64,000 bases of DNA from Hyaloraphidium curvatum SAG 235-1. Its lineage: Eukaryota; Fungi; Monoblepharomycota. Both the position numbers and the translations under genes were made by a program. The number at the start of each line of letters is the position of its first letter. The first letter of the stretch is position 1. The notes under the pieces are model-generated. The model did no database searches. It saw nothing but the letters and a program-made list of their open reading frames with translations, and was not told where the DNA came from. Positions 9,827-20,468 of this stretch are shown one piece after another. The DNA lies in assembly GCA_025558095.1 (NCBI GenBank), contig JAIVFI010000002.1:682001-746000 (forward strand), written 5' to 3'.

Positions 9827-12087
9827 TGTCAGCGTCTGCCACGTCCGCTGTCGGCCTGAGCCTACTCACGGAACGTGTTTATGAGCCCGCAATGCCGCAG
9901 CACTGCCCAGTACGGCTTCGGAATTGGAACCGCCTGGCAAAGGGGCAGCCGATTTCGGGTCCGCCGGTGGCGTAAGACATCGCCACTCTCCCAGGATCGG
10001 ATCCGACAGATCCAATCCGCACCTAAGTGCTCCAGCGAAGGCTGGATTCGTACGCGAAAGCTGTAAGCAAAGGCTCGCGAGCGAAAAGGAGGTTGAGGAA
10101 AGGGACTTGGCACGCGAGCGCGCTCAAGTCAACGGGGACCGGAGTCCCCAGGAGTCAGAGATCACGATCACAGATGTATGTAGTCTACGAAGGGCTCGCG
10201 AGCGAATAGGAAGGGCAGCTTACAGCACACGAGGGCCGAAGCCGCAGGACTTAATTCCCCGGAGCCGCAGGACACAGTTCCCCGGACTTCCCTGTCCTTT
10301 GTGGACTTTGAAAGGAAGCCCGTGATGGAGTTCAGCTCATGCATCGAGCTGGCATGCGACGGTGTGAGGACTAGCCCTATCTGTGACTTAGGGTAGAGCG
10401 CTAGCGTGCAGCCCAGAGGCCATGCGCACAAACCCTTGTGCCTCACCGATTCTCACTACAATTACCCTTCGCCGCCTTGAGCCTCGCTCGGTCCTGCTAC
10501 GCCCTCTAGCAGCGCCCTAGGCCAGGATCTGCCCCCGATCCTGACAAAGTGAGAATCGGTCCGTGGAACGCGAGTTTCACGTAAAGCTCGGCTCAACAAG
10601 CGGCGGCGCGGCTACGACCAGGGCTGCGCAGCGTTCCTTTGCGTAGGTCACCGCAAGGACGCAGTTCATTACCTCGAACGTCGAGAAACGAACGATTTGA
10701 CGTCGGGGAAGGTTCGAAAGTTCAGGAATTCGGGGAGGAATTCGTCGGGAAGCAAGGGTGGACGTTGAATGGACTCAGCGCAACCGGCGCATCCTCGCTC
10801 AGACGACGAGGAATCGGACGAAGGAGCCTACGAGAGGCATCAGCAGCGCACTGACGACATCGACGACGTCGCAGGAGGCGTAGGAACGCGCGAGATTGAG
10901 GCGATTTTGCCGGATCAGCGAGAACCCGAACGCGTCGACGAACGCGCCGAAGAACGTCACGAATCCCGCTCGCCACCGCCAAGGAACACAATGGCGAACG
11001 CGAAGCCAGCAAAGCTGCCCGAAATGGCGAAGTTTTCGGGGCAGGCGCGGGATCTAGACAAGTTTTGGACGGAACTCGACTTGCGCCACTGGAACGACCG
11101 CCACTGGAACGACCCCGAGCGCTACGGAACCGAACAGAATCCGACCGCCACTTCTCGGATCATCTTGGCGATCGCGAACATGACCGGCGACGCGTCGGAA
11201 TGGGCTACTCAGAAGTTCAAGACGGGTGAAGTCACGGGCAAGACGTACGCGGAGTTCAAAACAATGGTAAACGAACGATTCGCGGACCCGCTCCTCAAGG
11301 AAAAGGCGCAAAAGAAACTTGATACCATGAAGCAAGGCAACAGGCCGTTCACCAGCTACAAGGAGTGTCAGGGACGCGTAAGCGAGGAACTCCTGACCTT
11401 CAACGGACTTCTGTACCTGCCGAACCGCGAGCTTCAGCTCGAGGTTCTCCAGACCCGCCACGACTCGAAGACGGCCGGACACTTGGGCACCGCGCGCACG
11501 CACGACCTGATCTCGCGCGACTTCTGGTGGCCCAGGATCTGGAACGACGTCAAGAACTACGTGCGGACGTGCGACACTTGCGCGCGCACCAAGGCGCCGA
11601 GGCACGCTCCTTTCGGACACCTGTACCCGCTCCCGATCCCGACCCGCAACTGGAGCTCGATCTCCATGGACTTCATCACCAAACTCCCGGTCTCCAAGGG
11701 CTGGGACTCGATCCTTGTCGTCGTGGACCGGCGATCGCGCCAGACCCATCTCGAGCCCTGTCGAGAGGCCATGACGGCCAAGGAGGTCGCCGAGCTCTAC
11801 GTTCGCGCCGTCTACCGTCATCACGGCATCCCCGACGTTCTCGTCTCCGACCGCGACCCCAAGTTCGTCGCCAAGTTCTGGAAAGAGCTGCACGCGATCC
11901 TGGGGACCAAGCTCAACATGTCATCGGCTTTCCACCCGCAGACCGACGGCATGCCGGAAAATAAGAACCAGACCATCGAGGCGTACCTCAGGAGCTTCAT
12001 CTCGTACCACCAGGACGACTGGGCGGACCTCCTTCCTCTTTGCGAGGCCGCGATCAACAACGCCCGCTCGGCCTCCACCGGAACCTC
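9827..12087 (+). mobile_element. Family B Ty3/Gypsy (Tf1-like) deletion derivative: putative 5' LTR about 9827-10546, self-priming PBS 10548-10560, gag-integrase fusion ORF
   Basis: TGTCAG (9827)...CTGACA (10546) termini; the left end is tentative. PBS AGTGAGAATCGGT is complementary to 10445-10457. Tf2-type integrase motifs follow. Truncated by the family A LTR at 12088. Confidence 0.7.
10769..12087 (+). pseudogene. In-frame gag N-terminal part fused to integrase; lacks PR, RT and RNase H; 3' truncated
   Basis: Gag-like MTGDASEW..F..RF..AQKKLDTMKQG runs directly into GLLYLP..RHDSKTAGHLG..CDTC, WSSISMDFIT, VSDRD and HPQTDG..E. Confidence 0.85.
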
Positions 12088-12585
12088 TGCGACGGTCCGG
12101 GTCGGAACCGGGCCTGAAGCTCTAACCCGGCGCGCGAATCCCGCTCGGCTCTTCGGGTCGGATAGGCCCTGAATATGAATAAGCGAACAGCGCTGAAGAT
12201 ACTTGACTGTAGCCGGGGGAAAGAGGTTACGGGATGTCTCCCGGGGTGCGTCCCAAGGGCTCTCAGAACGAGGATCCGGCCGGGCGGGGTTCCGCACGGT
12301 GGTCGAACGACACGGAGAGCACGTAGAGTCAACTGGCGATCAAGATTGTACTGTTACATGTCCCGCTCTTTATATATCCCAGGAGGGTGGCTGTGCCGAG
12401 TCACTTGCGAGTCGCTCGCGAGTCGCTCGCGAGTGACTCGCGAGTCACTCGCGAGTCGATCGCGAGTCGATCGCGAGTCGATCACGAGTCGATCACGAGT
12501 CGATCGCGAGGACCGACGCCTCCACGCCTCCGAACCGAAAATGAAAATACCCTTGTCCGAATGTCAGACGTCCTGTACCTTCGCA
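12088..12585 (-). repeat. Family A 3' LTR of copy 3 (498 bp)
   Basis: Reverse complement of the LTR, with about 10 repeat units. Confidence 0.95.
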
Positions 12586-12727
12586 CGCCCCCACCCAAAA
12601 GAAGGCGCCGCCCTCGGCGCCACGAAATCGAAGATCCTCCGCGGAGTGACGTCATGCTTGCAGTAGAAGATGTTGAAGGCCGAGGTGGAGACAACAGATG
12701 TTGGAGAGTGTAGGACCGAAGGGTGGC

Positions 12728-13993
12728 TTAGGCGTCCTCAAAGTCGACGTCGGCGTCCGCCTCGTCGTCGCTCGGCGGCGGGGCGCGGAGCCGGCGGGTA
12801 AAGCCGAGAGCGAAGGCGGCATGCACGGCTGAGCCGTCCGCGGCCGAGGGGGTGTAGACCGGGGGCATGGTCGACTTGTAGGGAGCGGCCGGGATGTCGT
12901 CGTACAGGGCGGCCAAGAGGCCGTCGTCCTGCGAGACGATGGAGGAGGCGTCGCTGCTGGACACGCTCTCGGGGCGAGGAGCTGGAGGTTGCATATCCCC
13001 AGCCTCATCGTCGGAGGTGACGAGGTCCTCGTCCTTGACGCGGCCGACCGGCGTGGAGGTGACCACGGCGGGCGTCGTTTGCCCCGCCAGGGGAGCCACT
13101 TGATTGCCGAGGAAGCGACGCAGGAGGGCCCGTTGCTCGTCGGCGGTCTTGGTGAAGTGCTCGCGCTGCGCGTTCAGGCCGGCCGTGAGGAGCGTGGTGT
13201 GGTCTTGAGCTGAAAGCATGAGCTGCTTGTGCTGCTCCGACCCAAATCGCTGCAGATGGGCCGCCAGGACGCTCTTGAGGTCGGCCGCAAACTCCGCCAT
13301 GGGGCCATTGTTGTGACGGGCGAGATTGGTCTCGACGACGGTCTCGATGGTGGTTTCGAGGTTGGCCCCGGTCTGAGCAACCAGCCCGGCGAGGGAAGAG
13401 CCGAACTCCCTCAACTCCTCGATGGTAGCTTCGTCCACCAGGAGAATGCCGTTGAAGTTCTGACGTTGAGCCTCGAGCACCAACGCAAGCCGGTCGAGCT
13501 GCGTCTCGATGGCACCGAGACGAGCGTCGTCGGTCCGGCGCAAGGCGGTGACGGCGAACTCAAGTTCGCGGTGGCGGCCACTGAGGACCACCTGGAGCTC
13601 GTCACGCTGCTGGCGGATCTGGGCGTCCAGGCGGGCCTCTTGCTGCTCGAGCGTCGCCGTTACGCGGTCAAGAGCGTGCTGCTCCAGGTTGCCGACATTG
13701 ACGAGGGTGTTGAGCACCGGGTGGAGTGCGTCGAGGGCTGCGCGGATGGGCATGACCGCGGAGAAGGCGGCCTGCTCGACCTTGTGCAAGTGGGCCGTCG
13801 TCTGGGAGTGTCTGACGTCGAGGTCGGCCCGGAGGTCGTCCAGCCGGGTCGAGAGGGAGGCAAGCGCCGACCGATAGTCCGGGGGTACGACGCCAGGCAA
13901 CGCAGCGACGGGCGCAGTCGCCGGCGGCGGCGCCGTGGCCACATGCGGCCGGCGGGGCCGCAGGTTGTGGCCGGCAGTCGTGGGGGTCGCCAT
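12728..13993 (-). CDS. Family A accessory sense ORF, 421 aa (copy 3)
   Basis: Identical protein to 5598-6863. Confidence 0.8.
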   Translation of the reverse strand: MATPTTAGHNLRPRRPHVATAPPPATAPVAALPGVVPPDYRSALASLSTRLDDLRADLDVRHSQTTAHLHKVEQAAFSAVMPIRAALDALHPVLNTLVNVGNLEQHALDRVTATLEQQEARLDAQIRQQRDELQVVLSGRHRELEFAVTALRRTDDARLGAIETQLDRLALVLEAQRQNFNGILLVDEATIEELREFGSSLAGLVAQTGANLETTIETVVETNLARHNNGPMAEFAADLKSVLAAHLQRFGSEQHKQLMLSAQDHTTLLTAGLNAQREHFTKTADEQRALLRRFLGNQVAPLAGQTTPAVVTSTPVGRVKDEDLVTSDDEAGDMQPPAPRPESVSSSDASSIVSQDDGLLAALYDDIPAAPYKSTMPPVYTPSAADGSAVHAAFALGFTRRLRAPPPSDDEADADVDFEDA

Positions 13994-14060
13994 GGGAGAC
14001 GGTAGCGGCGAGGTCGACGTTGGGTGCGTAGTCCGCGGCCGCGGCCTCCTGTGGTCCGCC

Positions 14061-14222
14061 GCTTATATGGTGCGAAGCGCAGGCAACTCGCGAGTGCATC
14101 GCAAGTCGCTCGCGAGTGACTTGCGAGCGACTCGCGAGTGACTCGCGAGTCACTTGCGAGTCAACCGCGAGCCAACCGCGAGTCAACCGCGAGTCAACTG
14201 CGAGTCGAGTCGACCGCGAGTT
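14061..14222. promoter_or_regulatory. Internal 11-bp repeat array plus TATA (copy 3)
   Basis: Reverse complement of 5369-5530. Confidence 0.7.
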
Positions 14223-14361
14223 CGCCCGCACACCGGGTCACCAGTCCCCGCCACGGGGGACGGGGCGCGAGCGAGGGCCGTACGCCATTGCGTCGACGAA
14301 AGCGCTCGCGGGGGATCGCGACGTAGGGTCCAGAAGAGCTGGGGGGATCTCCGCGCCTGTC

Positions 14362-15347
14362 ATGAGTGCGGAGCTGCCGAACGTCGTCCCGCCGAGTTCG
14401 TGGTTCGAGGTTCGGTTGCCGACCTTCGACGTCCTGCTGTGCACCAAGGTAAGAGCGTAGCGGCGTGGTCCTCGAACGGGAGCTCAGCGCCGCGCCAGGA
14501 GGACGACGTGGTCGACCGCTTCCTGCAACTGGTGCGTCTGGCCGCCATGCGCGGGATGTTGCCGCTGGCCGAAGAGGCTGGGAACGTCGTTGTCGAGGTC
14601 CGAGTGCTCCGTCGGCTCGTCGCCGAGCTGCGCGAGGCCGGCGGGACCGCCAAGCTGCGCGAGGCTGGCGGGGCCAGAGGCAACGACCCGATCGCGGCCG
14701 CGGCCGCAACCCGGACCTCCGGCGTCTTCCTGCCGGCGATGTCGTCGAAGGGTGCGCCTTCCGTCGGCGAGGGCGAGTCGGCGGCGGACTCGAGGGAGGA
14801 GCTCGAGGCGGCCGACGAAGTCCCCGTGCTGTCAGTCACGCTTCATGCGCCCTCTTGGGAGCTGGACCACTTAGGCGACTTCGAGGCCGCCACTGAACAA
14901 GGGAGCGCCTTCCAGACGGCCCAAACGGCAACTTCAGGTAAAGACGAGGGGCATGTGGTGCAGCGCGGGGAGGCCCGGGAGCAGATTGCGCAGGTGAACG
15001 GCTCGACGGGAGTACGCCCCACAAGCGCTGATCGTCACTGAATGTGCCAGATGAAGAAGTCGTCGCCGGTCTGGGGCTTGAAGGCGGAACGGGTGACGAA
15101 GAAGGTCCCTGATGCCGTGCCGGCAGGCTCCTTCCTCCGATGGAAGATTGCCGGAACGTACGCCGGCGAACTGTACCGGAGCCCCACCAAGGGCGAAGTG
15201 GCGGTATGCTCGTTCCCGTGGTGCCATCTGGTAAAGCACAAGGCTAAGGGCCTCCTGGGCAATCTGAACACGCATTTTCAGTCCGGGTATCACAAGTTGG
15301 CGTTCGAGGGGGTCGAGGATAGGCTCGAGGTAGTACGTCGGGTTTGA
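14362..15347 (+). CDS. Family A spliced antisense accessory gene (copy 3): exons 14362-14448, 14499-14993, 15051-15347; about 292 aa, C-terminal C-x4-C-x16-H-x5-H BED-like finger
   Basis: Intron 1 is AAG|GTAAGA...GCTCAG...CCAG| (50 nt). Intron 2 is CAG|GTGAAC...GCTGAT...CCAG| (57 nt). Each removes an in-frame stop and is phase 0. The protein ends AVCSFPWC...GNLNTHFQSGYH. Confidence 0.75.
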
Positions 15348-15417
15348 GTCAGTGAAAAGCCGGGGATCGGAGCACAGAGATGGTAGTGCTGTGACCGGAT
15401 AGACGCCGTTGGTGTTA

Positions 15418-18400
15418 CTAGCGACGCCGAGTCCGCATGCGCCTGGGGAGACCCGTCGGGAGCTGGAGACCAACGCGATCGGCATAGGCGCGGACGATCC
15501 CTATGGCGCCGTGCAACATGTCCAGAGGGAGCTTGGTCGTGCGAGCGAAGCCCCGCCACTTGACCTCGAACTTGAGTCCGTGACCCTGGCCCTCGTGGCC
15601 GACGATGTCCTCGACGGTGTACTCCTGCTCGTTCCCAAGCGCGTTCTCGACCTCGATTTCCTCTTCGAACTCGTTCACCGGTTCCGAGAGATCGAGCTCT
15701 TCACCGGCGGCGAGCTCCGGGGCGCGTGCGTTCCACGAGCGCGCGTTGAAGGTGGCCGACTCCCAAGGCTTGTAGCGCGCCAGCCGGTCCACATGCACAG
15801 TGGTGACGTGGTCGGTCTCGTAGACGTGTCTACACTTCCAGGTGAGCTCGGTGTGGCCTGACTCCTCGATGCGGTAGGGCCCAAGATAACGAGAGACGAA
15901 CTTGCCCGGCTCGCCCTTGCGCGGTCGTTCTGGTCCCCAGATGAGCACGAGGTCGCCGGGGCGGAAGGTAATCGGAAGCCGGGTAGCGTTGGCCTTGGCG
16001 TTCCGAGTCTCCGCCGCTGCGGCCATCTTCTCGGCCACCAGGTCGTAGGCCGCACGAAGCTGCGCCACGAGCTCCACGACGTAGGTCCGCCGGCGCTCAT
16101 CCTCTGTCTTCTTGTCCTCCTCGTCGCTGGCCCGCAGGTGCACTGGCTCGCGAATCTCGGTCTCGTCGTAAAGTAGGTCGAGCGGAATACGAGCATCCCG
16201 ACCATGCATCAGAAAGAACGGAGTTTCGCCGGTCGTCGCGTGGATGGAGGTCCGGAAGGCAAAGATGACCCCCACGATGTCCTCGTCCCATGTCTGGTAG
16301 TTCTTGGAGACCGCTGCGCTCAGGGCGTCGATGATCCACCGGTTCGGGCGCTCCGCGAGGGAAGCCCTGGGATGCCCAACCGTGACCAGGCCCCGGTTGA
16401 TGCCGAGTAGCTTGAGCAGGTACTCCATGTAATGGTTGTCCAGGTTCGAGGCGTTGTCGTGGTGAATCCGCTTCGGAAGACCGTGCTCGAGAATCCATCG
16501 CGTATAGAGCAGCTTCGCCGTCGTCGGCCCAGAGAGGTCCGGAGTCGGATACGCCGCGACCCATTTAGTGAACGGATCGTAGACGACGAGAAGGTACTTG
16601 TTGCCGCGGGGCGTGGCCGGATTGATCTCGCCGATGTAGTCGATGTAGATGTCCTCGTTGGGACCTGTGAGAGGAACCGATTTCAGTAAGCCCTGGTTCG
16701 ATACCGAAGGCATCTTCCGGGTCATGCATGTAAGGCAGGCTCGCGTCCAGCGGCGAACGTCGTGCGCCATGCCGACCCAATATACGCGGCGCCGCAGATT
16801 GCTGTACGCCCGGTGTCGCCCGACGTGCCCGCTCAGGGGATCGTCGTGCGCACGTTGCAGGTAGGCCTCCCTCAGCTCGTGCGGTATCACGAGCTGGGTG
16901 ACCGGGATACGACGGGTACCAGTCGCGAGTACATCGCGCCGGCAGAGCACGCCGTCCGTAGCGAGGAAGTACTGCTCGCCGTACTTCTTGCAGAATTTGG
17001 CCAGATTCACGTTGGGAGGGAGCTCCCCGTCTCGCACGAAGCGGATCAGCGCGCTGGTCTCGACGTCGGCTTCTTGCACTTTGCGCAAGGCATCCCGGGA
17101 TCTGACGTCGGCAAGGTCAATAGCACTGATGCCCCCGACATCGGGTAGCACCTCAAGCAGTGCCGGATGAAGGAACGCCAGGTCTCGCTCAGGCACGTCT
17201 GCCGGGTCGACCTGTGCGTTCGTCGTTGGGATCGGCAGGAGGATCTGCGTCTCCGGTGCCGCAGCCTCGGGCAGGGTCCCCGGATCGCTCCACAGGGTTC
17301 CCTCCACTGCGGCAACCGTGGCCGGGAACTCCGTGCCAGACAGCACTCGCTCCATTGATTCACAATTGACTGAGGAACCCGCAGTAGCTCGTCCCGAGTC
17401 TGACTCGGTGACTGGGGTTGACGAAGAACGGGAAGTCTGACCGAGATCACTCCCGGAGAGGAATCCGGGCGCCCGTCCCCCCCCAGAAAAAGAAGAAAAA
17501 GGCAAGGGGTCGGGAGGGTTTGGGGGCCAAAAGGCAGGGATGTCCAAGATTTCCTCGGGGTCGCCCATAGGCACGTCCTCGTCGGGCGACGGCGCCACGA
17601 GCTGACGAGACAGGAAGTCGGCGTTGGAGTTCGCTTTGCCCGAGCGATGGATGATCTGGAACCTGAAGTCCGAGAGCCGGAGGATCCAGCGCTGTAGGCG
17701 GCCCGGCTTGGAGGTCTCCAAGAGCCATTTGAGGGCGCTATGGTCGGTGACCACCTCAAACTCGTCCCCGATCAAATACGCCCGGAAATGCTCGCATGCC
17801 CAAACAACGGCCAGGGCTTCGCGCTCCCGAGTGTCCCACTTGCGCTCGTTCGGCTGCAGAGCGCGGCTGGCGTAGGCGATGACGTACTCCTTGCCATCGG
17901 AGTCCCGCTGGCTGAGCACCGCGCCGAGGCCGATATCGCTGGCATCCGTGAACAAGACGAAGCGCTTGGAAAAGTCGGGGCGACGGAGCACGGGCGCCGA
18001 CGTAAGCCGTTCCTTTAGCATACGGAAGGCGGCCTCGCATGCGTCGTCCCAGGCCCGAGAGACCGAGACGCCGTCCTGCGTCAGGCGGGTGAGCGGGCTG
18101 GCAATGTTGGCGTAGCCGGCAATGAAGGGGCGATAGTAGTTGGAGAGGCCGAGAAACGATTGGAGCTCCTTCTTGGTCGTTGGGCGGGGGAACTGGTCCA
18201 CCGCGCGGGTCTTCTCGGGGTCGACCTTGAGGCCGTCGGCGGTGACGTAATGCCCGAGGTATTTGACCTCGCGGCGGAAGAACTTGCATTTGGCCAGCTT
18301 CAGAGTCATCCCGGCCTCGCGCAGTCGGTCAAAGAGGAGCTCCAGGTGCACGAGGTGCTCGTCGACCGTCTGCGAGAAGATAATGATGTCGTCGATGAAG

Positions 18401-20468
18401 ACCACCAAGCAGTACCACTGGAGGCCGGCGAGGAGCTCGTCCGAGCAAAGGTTGCAGGAGCGTTGGTAAAGCCCATGGCCATCCGCTCCCACTGGTAGAG
18501 ACCGCGGTGCGTCGTGAAGGCCGTCTTTTCCTTGTCCTCGTCGGCCACCTCCACGTGCCAAAAGCCGGAGCGGATGTCGCAAACGCTCCACACCTTGGCC
18601 GCGCTGAGGAGAGCGAGAGTGTCGCTTGGGTTCTTCATCGGGTAGACGTCGCGCTTGGTGGCGGCGTTGAGCTTCCGGTAATCGATCACCAGGCGCCATT
18701 CGCCCGAGCCGTGCCCTTTTGGCACCATGATGCAGGGCGTGGCCCAGGGGCTTCGCGAGGGGACGACTACGCCCTGCACGAGCAGGTCGTCGATGATCTT
18801 GTCCATTTCCCCGCGAAGCCGGAACGGGGTCCGGTACGGCATCTGGTGGATCGGCTTGAGGTCGCCCGTGTCGATCCGGAAGCGATGGTTGCGCAGCTTG
18901 CCGATCCAAGGACCAAACACGTCCCGGTAGCGGTCGCAGAGCTTATGGAAACGAGGTTTGTCCCCCTCGCTCAGGATCGTTTGGTCCATCTTGAGCTCGA
19001 TAGCCTCGACCGGAGGAGGCTCCACGCCGGGAGGCTGAGGTGGTCCAATCGATCCCGGCGAGGGCACCGCGAACAGATCGATGGTCTCCTCGACCGTGAG
19101 CGTGGATTCGGCCGGTTCGGTGTGGGGCAGCTCGGGCTCCAGCATCGAGATCTGCGCGGGAGCCAGATACGTGGGCGGTTCCGGAGCGAGAAATCCAGGA
19201 ATCCGCACGCGGAAGCGGCCGAGGTGGGTGCCCGGGCCGATCGTGACCGGTGTCGTCCCGTAGTTGCGGATGAGAATCGGCAGCCGACCGTCTCTGTCGG
19301 GCGTCGCCGACGGGATGATGAAGAGGCGATCGAACGGCGAAGTGTTCGGCGTCTCGATGACCCCTGTCAAGTCCATCTCCACGACGGTCGCCAAGGGAGT
19401 CGTCGGGGCCAGCTCAGCGGTGATCGAGACGTCCTCGTTGGGGTAGACCGTGATGGAGGTGGTTGAATGGAGCGGGGCGACCAGGTGTGATCCGAAGAGC
19501 GGTCGCGCAACAATGTGCATTGGCACGACGACCCCCTCCGGATCGTCCTTGAAATAGAGGACCGGCGTCTCCCAGTCCATCTGAACGCGTAGGGCGGAGA
19601 GCCAAGGGGTGCCGAGGATCACGTCGTCCATGAGACCGTCCATGATGGCGACGTCCATGACGCAGTGTTGATTCCCGACCAGGATGTCCATCTTAGCAAC
19701 TCCGCGGACCCACATGGTTCCGCCGGCCGCGGCCGTGCTGAGGGTGCCGAGTGTCCATGGTTTGATCGGTGGCGACGGGTGGATCCGGCAGAAGAAGGAC
19801 GACCGAACCGCCACCACTGAGGCACCGGAGTCGACGAGGGCCGCGGGGGTATTCACGCCGTTGACCCATGCCGAAACGCGTGCCGCCTGATAGTGGAACT
19901 GCACTTGCGAAGTCCACGTCCAGCGATCCGGCGGAGGGGCGACCGGAGCAGGTGGCCGCGGGCGAGGCCGAGGGCCAGGCAGCGGTGGTCGTGCGTAGGC
20001 GGAAGGAGGAGGGGGCCTTTCGAAAGGTCCGGGAACGGCGCGGACGGTCGGGCCCTCGTGCATAGGTGCATCCGCTGATCCCGCGTCCGCATCCTGTGCC
20101 GCCGGTTCACCGTTTCCCACGACCTCGACCGAGCCGGGCGACGCCGAATCCGCTGCCGGCGGCGGGGCCAGGGTCTCGTCGATCGGCATGAGCGCCTCCC
20201 GCTGCTGACGAACGGCGGCCTGTCGAGCTGCCTCCGCCTCGAGGAAGAGGATGTACTCCGTGCCCCCGAAGGGCCAATGATGAACGTGGTCCTCCGCCGT
20301 CGGTTCATCGGTCGCGGAATCCGACAACTCCGGCGATCCGCCAGGAGATGAAGGGTCCGTGCCGTCCGGCAGCGGGGAAGTTCCAGGAAGAGGTTCCACA
20401 TGTGGTTCAAGAGCTTGGATCTCTGCCCCCCTATGGCCGTGCGGCACTGAGGGCAAAGCTAGTTTTTT
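15418..20468 (-). pseudogene. pol: Family A pol (protease, RT, RNase H, integrase, chromodomain) with a frameshifting small deletion near 18443
   Basis: LVDSGA protease; IDYRKLN, GFTNAPATF and FIDD in RT; TDAS, EREALA and TDH in RNase H; integrase DDE; chromodomain. The frame breaks between PATFAR and DELLAGL. Confidence 0.95.
20421..20468 (-). other. Programmed -1 ribosomal frameshift signal: A AAA AAC (20468-20462) plus downstream stem-loop
   Basis: Gag ends CCA AAA AAC TAG and pol is open in the -1 frame (GCC AAA AAA CTA). CTTTGCCCTC can pair with GGGGGCAGAG downstream. Confidence 0.8.

Noticed and set aside
7006-12585. Inverted LTR pair as terminal inverted repeats of a DNA transposon or DIRS element
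   Set aside because: Each repeat is the PPT-preceded 3' LTR of a separate, oppositely oriented Gypsy copy; no transposase or tyrosine recombinase lies between them.
12728-13993. 421-aa ORF as an env gene
   Set aside because: No signal peptide, transmembrane anchor or cysteines.
14154-15041. The 295-aa ORF-track call as the real antisense protein
   Set aside because: It begins at a non-ATG codon inside the repeat array; the spliced model from ATG 14362 fits better.
14938-15050. Alternative donor CAG|GTAAAG for intron 2 of the antisense gene
   Set aside because: It is phase 1 and ends in a stop after about 20 codons, losing the zinc finger; it may still be a minor isoform.
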